Assembly: GCA_030141605.1 (NCBI GenBank) | Contig: JAQGDQ010002020.1 | Span: forward strand, 12,577-17,631 | Reading direction: 5' to 3' | Length of the DNA: 5,055 bases | From: Tubiluchus corallicola | Taxonomy: Eukaryota; Animalia; Priapulida | Part shown: positions 1-5,055 of the stretch, one piece after another | How positions within the stretch are numbered: the stretch's first letter is position 1 | How the letters are laid out: the number at the start of each line of letters is the position of its first letter | The notes under the pieces: generated by a model | The model's database searches: none | What the model was told of the DNA's origin: nothing | The model's input: only the letters and a program-made list of their open reading frames with translations | Position numbers and translations under genes: made by a program

Positions 1-41
1 CATTGGGAAAGGCCTCGGGTTAACCCATCCTTGGGTTAATC

Positions 42-1244
42 ATGTCCAGCGCCGCTATGGCGGAAGCAACCGCTGCTTTAGCCTTAGGGGCTACAAACCG
101 TGCCGAGATAAATTCATTGAATAAGAAAATGGGGGAACTAAGGAATAATCAAGGGATCATAGCACACGAGTTAGAAATTGCCAACAAGGAAATAGGTATA
201 CTGGGGCATGACTTAGAAGAGCTGGAAAGAGTGGTTGGCAAATTAAACGCTCAAATGCATAATATGATGTTAGCACATTCTAATGACATGAAAAAACTTC
301 ACGATTATTTGAATTCAATCAGATATGGACACGGCCTCCAATCCATCACCTCTTCAAAGATAGACCCTCTACTAATCAGTCCCACCCAGTTCCACTCTCT
401 CATGTCCGATCAAAAGAATAGCATCCCGTTATCTTACGGAGCCAGCCGGGCAATAGTCATTAAATCTGAGCCACGGAAATTGTGGATGTTAATTAACGTT
501 AGGGAAATCATCCAAGTACCTGGAAAAGTCCATGTAAAGACACAAAATGTGCCAATTGTTAAAGGGGGAACTTGGGTTATCCACGGGAACGCCTTCAACA
601 TGATTCTAGGAATTAACGAAATCAAAATCATCCCACCCGGATCTTGCCAAGACCTTAATGTAATCGTTTGCCCAACACACTTGGAAACACAACCGTTTGA
701 TCAATCGATAAAATACGAAAGGTCACCAGAGAGTTGGGGGGTCGTCACATTAATGGGAGGTTGGCTTGTTCAAAGACAGGCCAGCTATTCATTAAGAACA
801 GTATCAAGATATACAGGGGCGTCTGAAAAGATGATTCCCAAGAACACCAGTCTTGTACTAACATGTAAAAAAGCTGACGAATATCACTTGCCCGGATATT
901 TCCTCAGATGCAGCGATACTCTCCACCGAGTTAAGAGTTGGATCCCTACCCTGGAAAGCCACAACTTGACTAGTTACACTGACGAAATAAATGCATTAAT
1001 CAATAAAACTCATGCACTGCTTATTTCCCATCACGAAATGGAACCACTAGCTTGGTACGAGGATTATTCATCAGCAAAAGATTGGCTCTGGCTAATGACA
1101 GTGATCACTTGTATTGAAGTAAACTCCTTACTCATTTGGATTGGGTACAAGGTGATCAAGTTTAAAATTAAGAACAAAAATCCTGCTCAAGGGGAAGACG
1201 TGGAAATGAAAGAATGTGGCAAGAGATCAGAAGATGAACTATAG
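42..1244 (+). CDS. Viral envelope fusion glycoprotein, class I / F1-like portion (Mononegavirales-type), 5'-truncated, copy 1
   Basis: The frame is open from 24 (PILGLIMSSAAMAEATAALALG, a hydrophobic Ala/Gly-rich fusion-peptide-like segment). It continues into a long heptad repeat (INSLNKKMGELRNN...LEELERVVGKLNAQM), a Cys-containing beta-rich middle, N-glycosylation sequons (NTS, NLT, NKT), a membrane-proximal helix, a TM segment (WLWLMTVITCIEVNSLLIWIGY) and a basic cytoplasmic tail. It lies directly upstream of an L start, as G/F does in Mononegavirales. No signal peptide is present. Confidence 0.8.
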   Translation: MSSAAMAEATAALALGATNRAEINSLNKKMGELRNNQGIIAHELEIANKEIGILGHDLEELERVVGKLNAQMHNMMLAHSNDMKKLHDYLNSIRYGHGLQSITSSKIDPLLISPTQFHSLMSDQKNSIPLSYGASRAIVIKSEPRKLWMLINVREIIQVPGKVHVKTQNVPIVKGGTWVIHGNAFNMILGINEIKIIPPGSCQDLNVIVCPTHLETQPFDQSIKYERSPESWGVVTLMGGWLVQRQASYSLRTVSRYTGASEKMIPKNTSLVLTCKKADEYHLPGYFLRCSDTLHRVKSWIPTLESHNLTSYTDEINALINKTHALLISHHEMEPLAWYEDYSSAKDWLWLMTVITCIEVNSLLIWIGYKVIKFKIKNKNPAQGEDVEMKECGKRSEDEL

Positions 1245-1288
1245 AGACATCAAGGCCAGATAACTTTCCCTTATTTTTGTATCACTTT

Positions 1289-1310
1289 TAAAAAAATGAA
1301 GTCAAAATGA
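1289..1310 (+). promoter_or_regulatory. Mononegaviral gene-end / gene-start (transcription stop-restart) junction, copy 1
   Basis: TAAAAAAATGAAGTCAAAATGA between the glycoprotein stop and the L start. It is identical to 2726-2747 although the upstream UTRs are not alignable by eye. The A7 tract matches the U7 polyadenylation-stutter signal typical of Mononegavirales. Confidence 0.75.
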
Positions 1311-1336
1311 TCTACAGAAAACATAGAATAAAATGA
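1304..1336 (+). repeat. 7-bp direct repeat AAAATGA (1304-1310, 1330-1336) flanking a 19-nt insert
   Basis: Relative to copy 2 (GTCAAAATGACTT), copy 1 reads GTC-AAAATGA-TCTACAGAAAACATAGAAT-AAAATGA-CTT, a net 26-nt addition. Confidence 0.8.
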
Positions 1337-1416
1337 CTTACGAAAGGCATCTCAATTCTCCTCTTAGTTTGGAGTTTGAGAATGCCTTCATATCTGACGT
1401 GTATCATAAAACACCA
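1333..1416 (+). pseudogene. L: N-terminal stub (28 codons) of Mononegavirales L polymerase, copy 1
   Basis: Not in the ORF track. It translates to MTYERHLNSPLSLEFENAFISDVYHKTP, 25/28 identical to the start of the 2744 ORF. Homology stops abruptly at ~1416-1421. Confidence 0.9.
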
Positions 1417-1424
1417 CAGAATAC

Positions 1425-1447
1425 CATTGGGAATAACCAATCCTCGG
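1425..1447 (+). repeat. Imperfect direct repeat of positions 1-34
   Basis: 1-34 is CATTGGGAA-aggcctcgggt-TAACCcATCCTtGG; 1425-1447 is CATTGGGAA-TAACCaATCCTcGG. That is 9/9 plus 12/14 matches, with an 11-nt gap. Confidence 0.55.
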
Positions 1448-2060
1448 AACGTACCCGAAGAATGACAGGCTGCCGAGTGACAACACCCAGTTGAGCGCCG
1501 CTTCGTATGGCTTTGCGAAGCGGTGTTTCAGCTGGGGTGTGGAAAATTCAACAGTTGTCCAGGTAAGCAAGAGGAGAGATAAGGTCCTCGAAAGTATCAA
1601 AACGAGAGTGGACCGACCAATCTATCCTGCACTCCGAGACGAGACAAAAGGCGAACTGCGGCAGGTGATGTGGCACATAAGAAATAAGACCAAGATAAAG
1701 TTGGAGCCATTCACCTATGAGGAAATGCTCAAGGTAGTGAACAAGAAAGGAGCCGCAGGACTGTTTGACGACTGGGGTGATATGGAGCAATGTCTCGCCG
1801 ACCCCACCACACGACCAAGGGTTGAAGAAATAATCGCCTGCTTGAGAGCCGGAATCAATGTGCCGGAATATTACGTGACTGTCAACAACAAGGTTGAGAG
1901 CAAAGTAAGCGAAAAGACGACTCCACGATTGATATCGTACTTCTCGTGCATTGCGAGAATCGTGGACTGGATGATCTTCGGCCCGTTCGTGAAACAACAC
2001 TACACACAAGGGAAAACGTTTAAACACGCAACATCAGGAACACCCTTGTGTGACCAAGGA
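1437..2060 (+). pseudogene. Flavi-like (pestivirus-like / large-genome flavivirus-like) NS5B RNA-dependent RNA polymerase fragment, N-terminal/fingers region through motif F
   Basis: Open frame 1437-2060. VNKKGAAGLFD...LRAGINVPEYYVTVNNKVESK...PRLISYF...FVKQ...SGTPLCDQG parallels pestivirus NS5B NRKGAAGFLE...YYETAIPKNEK...PRVIQYP...WVKQ...GKTPLF in order and spacing (from recall). It is truncated before motif A and GDD. It is visibly richer in GC/CpG than the flanking mononegaviral sequence. Confidence 0.8.
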
Positions 2061-2654
2061 CTTCAACGTGATTGTATGCTCTGATGACCTAGAGACACAA
2101 CCATTTGACCAGTCTTTAAAGTATGAAAGATCTTCTGAAAATTGGGGTATTGTGACCTTAATGGGGGTTGGATAGTCCAGAAGCAAGCCAGTTATCAACT
2201 TAGAACGGTCTTCACTCATTCAGGGGCCTCTGAGAGGACAATACCCAAAAATTCCAGCCTTGTTTTAACGTGTAAGAAGATCCTAGAGTACCACTTACCT
2301 GGTTACTTACTTCGATGCAGTGACACTCTGCATAGACTGAAAAGCTGGATCCCAAGATTAGAAAGCCATAATTTGACAAGCTATACAGATGAGATCAATG
2401 TCCTAATAAATAAGACTCATGCTTTACTCATCTCTCATCATGAAATTGAACCTCTCAGCTGGTATGAAGACTATTCATCTGCTAGAGACTGGTTATGGTT
2501 GATATCAGTAGTAACTTCTGTTGAGGTTAACCTGTTAATTATTTGGATTATATACAGACTGGTAAAGATTCGAGTTAAAAACCGCAAAATGATCCAGGGT
2601 GAAGAGGTAGAAATGCAAAAATACAACAGTAGAAGATCAGAAGATCAGCCCTAG
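2056..2654 (+). pseudogene. Viral fusion glycoprotein 3' half, copy 2 (frameshifted)
   Basis: From 2056 it reads KDFNVIVCSDDLETQPFDQSLKYERSSENWGIVTLMG, matching copy 1 QDLNVIVCPTHLETQPFDQSIKYERSPESWGVVTLMG. A 1-nt deletion in the G run at 2163-2167 shifts it into the 2142..2654 ORF (GWIVQKQASY...RSEDQP), about 70% identical to copy 1 by hand count. Confidence 0.9.
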
Positions 2655-2725
2655 CTACTCTTTAGAACATGGAACAATTCAGCTTGCTAGTCATATCCCT
2701 ATTAATCGCTTCACTTTTTATCTTG

Positions 2726-2747
2726 TAAAAAAATGAAGTCAAAATGA
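2726..2747 (+). promoter_or_regulatory. Mononegaviral gene-end / gene-start junction, copy 2
   Basis: TAAAAAAATGAAGTCAAAATGA, exact 22-nt match to 1289-1310, overlapping the L ATG at 2744. Confidence 0.75.
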
Positions 2748-4327
2748 CTTATGAGAGACACCTCAACTCACCTCTCAGCCTGGAATTTGAGAATGCTTTT
2801 ATATTTGATATACATCACAAAACTCCAACAGAAGTAGCCAAAATTTGGGCTCTTGGACCTCCAGGAAAATGTCAATATCTGGATTACTTGAAAAAAGTTT
2901 CTCAGGAAATCAAGATCAGCCCTCCAGAACCTCTAGCGAGTTACCAGCACTCTAGGATGATGGAGAACTGCAATTCCTTTTTTTGGAAAAGAAAGAAGTC
3001 ACCCACTGAAGGAGAAGCCACCGACCAATCCAGGAGAGAACCTCCACAGAAGGAGGAATATGAAATCAAAGAGATTAAACTTGGGGACATGGCAAAACCC
3101 GCTACAGAGCTACAACATGCTGAGGAAACAATTGCGAGATATGCCAAGAGCTATCTGGCCGGCAAATATGAACATATTCCTCCACGACTTAGCATTGATA
3201 TCAGCCTGCTTCAAAGGCGACTGCTGCTAGAAAAGATCAGCAGCATTTTTGCCAACTCATCTGTAGCCAACAACAATCCGATTTTAATCAAAATTAATTC
3301 GAATCATGTCTTCCACTTGTTGGGTCATTTTCTATTTGAACACCACCGTGATAGTATAATTGTAACACATGTCAGTCATTTCACGGGGGGACTAGATGCA
3401 GCAATTTCTCGACTTACTGTCAAAATCTTACATGCTCTGCTAGATCAAGAAGACCAATCAGAGAAGCGCAATGTTATAGAAGAGTTCATAGAACTCATTC
3501 ATAAGCATATACTCGAGACAGGGGAATCAATATATACTTGGCTAAAAAATTTACAATCCTGTGTGGAAGGCTACTATAATTGGAGAGTAGACTATCTTCA
3601 TTCCAGTTTAGTCTATATGACAGTGAAAACCACCATGGAACAAATCAACAAAACATTGACGGAAAAATTCTTGGATTTACTAGATCACTGTGTTAATACT
3701 GGAGAGACAGAGACTATGTTTGAGTTAGGAGGGTTGGTAAAAGTGTTCGGTTATCCTCAGATTGACTGCGACGAGGGACTAGCTAAATTAAAGAAAAGGC
3801 TGTTTGAGAAAAAGATTATTGACACTCCTCTTATAGTGAAATGTACGGGCCAGTTTGTGAAAATGTTCTGCACAAAGTAATACCAGAAAAAACACCGATG
3901 GCCGGCGGTTGAGGAACCTGTCCCAAGCGCAGTTAGAAATCTTTTTGGTAAGTCTAAATACCGATTTGGAGATGCTAACTCCATTAGCCTCAATACATGG
4001 GCCCTTGTCAATTTTTCTAAGCAGCTGGATTTTGAGTATAATCTGGATATAATAAATATCCTCAAAGACTCATCTGTAGCTCTCCCTCTAAGCTTAGCAG
4101 ACGGAAATTACACAAGAGTTGCCCAAAAAAGGTGCTTAACGAAAAGACTTCCCTATCATTCTCGCAGGCTTATAGAGGATGTTATCTTAAGAGAGAACCT
4201 TAAAGTAGAAGAAATGATGGAACAAATCAGCGAAGATGGGTCAATCCCCGAAGAGTGGCGGATAATAACTCTGCACCCCAAAGAGAGAGAATTAAAACAA
4301 GAGGGAAGGTATTTTGCTCAACAAACC
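2744..4327 (+). pseudogene. L: Mononegavirales L protein (RdRp) N-terminal 528 codons, one internal nonsense codon, 3'-truncated
   Basis: N-terminal HLNSPL and FGYPQID (GHP-like motif). The same frame continues past TAA 3878-3880 as FCTK*YQKKHRWP...ILKDSS...SRRLI...LHPKERELKQEGRYFAQQT, the KE(R/K)E(L/I)KxxGRxF premotif conserved in Mononegavirales L. ORFs 2744..3880 and 4214..4396 are one frame. Recognisable homology ends at ~4327, before motifs A-D. Confidence 0.92.
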
Positions 4328-4328
4328 A

Positions 4329-4466
4329 GGTGCTCTGCCTGCCAAGAGACAATCGAGTTATTTGTACCAAGCAGTTATTACAGTAAAGGGGATTAATTAT
4401 TCCTTAGAAAAGGGGTTGTTTGTTATTAGTTATTTGTTACCTTTCGATTTTCAACAACCAAGTTGA
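4329..4466 (+). pseudogene. Possible C-terminal fragment of a viral gene (unassigned; may be the L C-terminus)
   Basis: A 45-codon open frame starts right at the L break: GALPAKRQSSYLYQAVITVKGINYSLEKGLFVISYLLPFDFQQPS*. A TAAAAAAA tract follows at 4598-4605. No recognised motif. Confidence 0.3.
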
Positions 4467-4533
4467 TCAGAGGATAATGTGAGCAAACTCAACTCTTACT
4501 AGAACTCACTAATATACTTTGCGTAAACACCAG

Positions 4534-4590
4534 GAACTCGTTGAACTGCACGCAACAGTGTCGAACATTGTCGAATACGAACTCGTTGAA
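4534..4590. repeat. Short direct repeats: GAACTCGTTGAA x2 enclosing AACA(G/T)TGTCG x2
   Basis: Exact 12-mer at 4534-4545 and 4579-4590; 10-nt tandem at 4554-4563 and 4564-4573 with one mismatch. Confidence 0.75.
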
Positions 4591-4633
4591 TTGTTAATAA
4601 AAAAACGTTTAAATCATATTAATGTTTGAGCTG

Positions 4634-4762
4634 TGTGCATATAAATGTTTAAATTGTGCATACAGATGTTTCAACTGAATTTTATTGAATGCTGCATAAC
4701 AATAAATGTTTGAATTAATGTTAAAATGAATATTGTGCATATAAATGTTAAAACGAATATTG
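4634..4762. repeat. AT-rich degenerate repeats
   Basis: TGTGCATATAAATGTT at 4634-4649 and 4734-4749, variant TGTGCATACAGATGTT at 4655-4670, and AATGTTAAAA(T/C)GAATATTG at 4717-4735 and 4744-4762 (27-nt period). Confidence 0.8.
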
Positions 4763-4787
4763 CTAAATATATATGAATGAGTGATGA

Positions 4788-5055
4788 ACGACAAACTACC
4801 CCGACGTAGACTTAATAGAAAACGCAGAAAAAGCAAAAAGAATCAGAAACTACGTCAAAGGGGTACCAGACAAAGAATACGAGAAGAGTAGCATCGTGTA
4901 CAGACTGGACGGCAATGACAAGCGACGAGCAGCGGGAACTGGACCGAGAAAAAATCGATAGACTCGCTAAAGGCTGGGCCCCAGTGGAAACACTAGGTGG
5001 CACAAATGAGTTCCCGGCAGTCAAAAGACCACTGAGACACAGGTTGGATAGACAG
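4788..5055 (+). pseudogene. Unidentified coding-like fragment, probably frameshifted; possibly another viral fragment
   Basis: Sharp shift from AT-rich to purine-rich, more GC-balanced sequence. One frame is open 4788-4961 (TNYPDVDLIENAEKAKRIRNYVKGVPDKEYEKSSIVYRLD...) and another 4819-5055 (...TDWTAMTSDEQRELDREKIDRLAKGWAPVETLGGTNEFPAVKRPLRHRLDRQ). No motif recognised. Confidence 0.4.

Larger units (their letters stand above)
24..4327 (+). other. Composite cluster of endogenous RNA-virus fragments (Mononegavirales G/F-L twice, plus flavi/pesti-like NS5B)
   Basis: Abutting, truncated, co-oriented coding fragments from a negative-strand and a positive-strand RNA virus lineage. They have abrupt junctions (~1416, ~2056, ~4327), a frameshift (~2165) and an in-frame stop (3878-3880). 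This cannot be one viable virus genome. Confidence 0.85.

Noticed and set aside
1491-2084. ORF 1491..2084 as a standalone gene
   Set aside because: The TTG start is arbitrary (the frame is open from 1437) and the last codons (LQRDCML) are out-of-frame glycoprotein sequence. It is an internal polyprotein fragment.
2142-2165. N-terminus MGYCDLN of ORF 2142..2654
   Set aside because: Artefact of the 1-nt deletion; true homology upstream of ~2165 is in another frame.
2974-2988. TTCC-T7-GGAA mini-hairpin / reverse-strand A7 tract inside L
   Set aside because: Only a 4-bp stem, inside an intact reading frame (SFFWK), and in the wrong orientation for a gene-end signal.
3878-3880. Programmed stop-codon read-through in L
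   Set aside because: Not a known feature of Mononegavirales L. A single Tyr-to-TAA substitution in a truncated pseudogene is simpler.
434-4065. Minus-strand ORFs 434..631, 1388..1600, 1548..2027, 2034..2219, 2941..3147 and 3757..4065
   Set aside because: All are antisense shadows of recognisable + strand viral coding sequence, show no motifs, and some cross fragment junctions.
1-4327. A genuine recombinant virus genome combining Mononegavirales and Flaviviridae genes
   Set aside because: Both polymerases are truncated before their catalytic motifs and genes are broken mid-frame, so it could not replicate.
4214-4396. ORF 4214..4396 as a separate gene
   Set aside because: Same frame as L 2744..3880 and part of it. 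The tail after 4327 is read-through into unrelated sequence.
4325-4534. ACCAGG at 4325-4330 and 4529-4534, and ACCA-like words near several junctions (tRNA CCA or target-site idea)
   Set aside because: 4-6-mers are too frequent to be significant without exact breakpoints from parent viruses.
4534-4762. CRISPR array or tRNA/ncRNA
   Set aside because: Repeats are short, degenerate and irregularly spaced with no unique spacers of constant length. No cas genes and no cloverleaf.
4784-4891. Very basic 35-aa peptide MNDKLPRRRLNRKRRKSKKNQKLRQRGTRQRIREE resembling a capsid arm or NLS
   Set aside because: Short, and expected from reading A/G-rich coding sequence in a shifted frame. No independent support.
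4609-5024. Minus-strand ORFs 4609..4836 and 4812..5024
   Set aside because: Low-complexity translation of AT-rich repeats and antisense of the purine-rich + strand segment.

Overview
This window is a mosaic of RNA-virus-derived sequence, all on the + strand. It is best read as a cluster of non-retroviral endogenous viral elements (nrEVEs) in a eukaryotic genome, probably an arthropod (inference). Order: (1) a 5'-truncated class I fusion-glycoprotein gene of a Mononegavirales-type virus, its gene-junction signal and the first 28 codons of L (24-1416); (2) an unrelated pesti-like/flavi-like (Flaviviridae-related) NS5B RdRp fragment (~1437-2060); (3) a second, diverged copy of the glycoprotein 3' half, the same junction signal and 528 codons of L, with one frameshift and one nonsense codon (~2056-4327); (4) a short open frame, an A7 tract and an AT-rich repeat region (4329-4780); (5) an unidentified coding-like fragment running off the right edge. 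The two mononegaviral copies differ mainly at synonymous sites, so they look like independent captures of two related viruses rather than a host duplication. No transposon, host gene, RNA gene or CRISPR array is recognisable. Family-level assignments come from motif recall only and need database searches.
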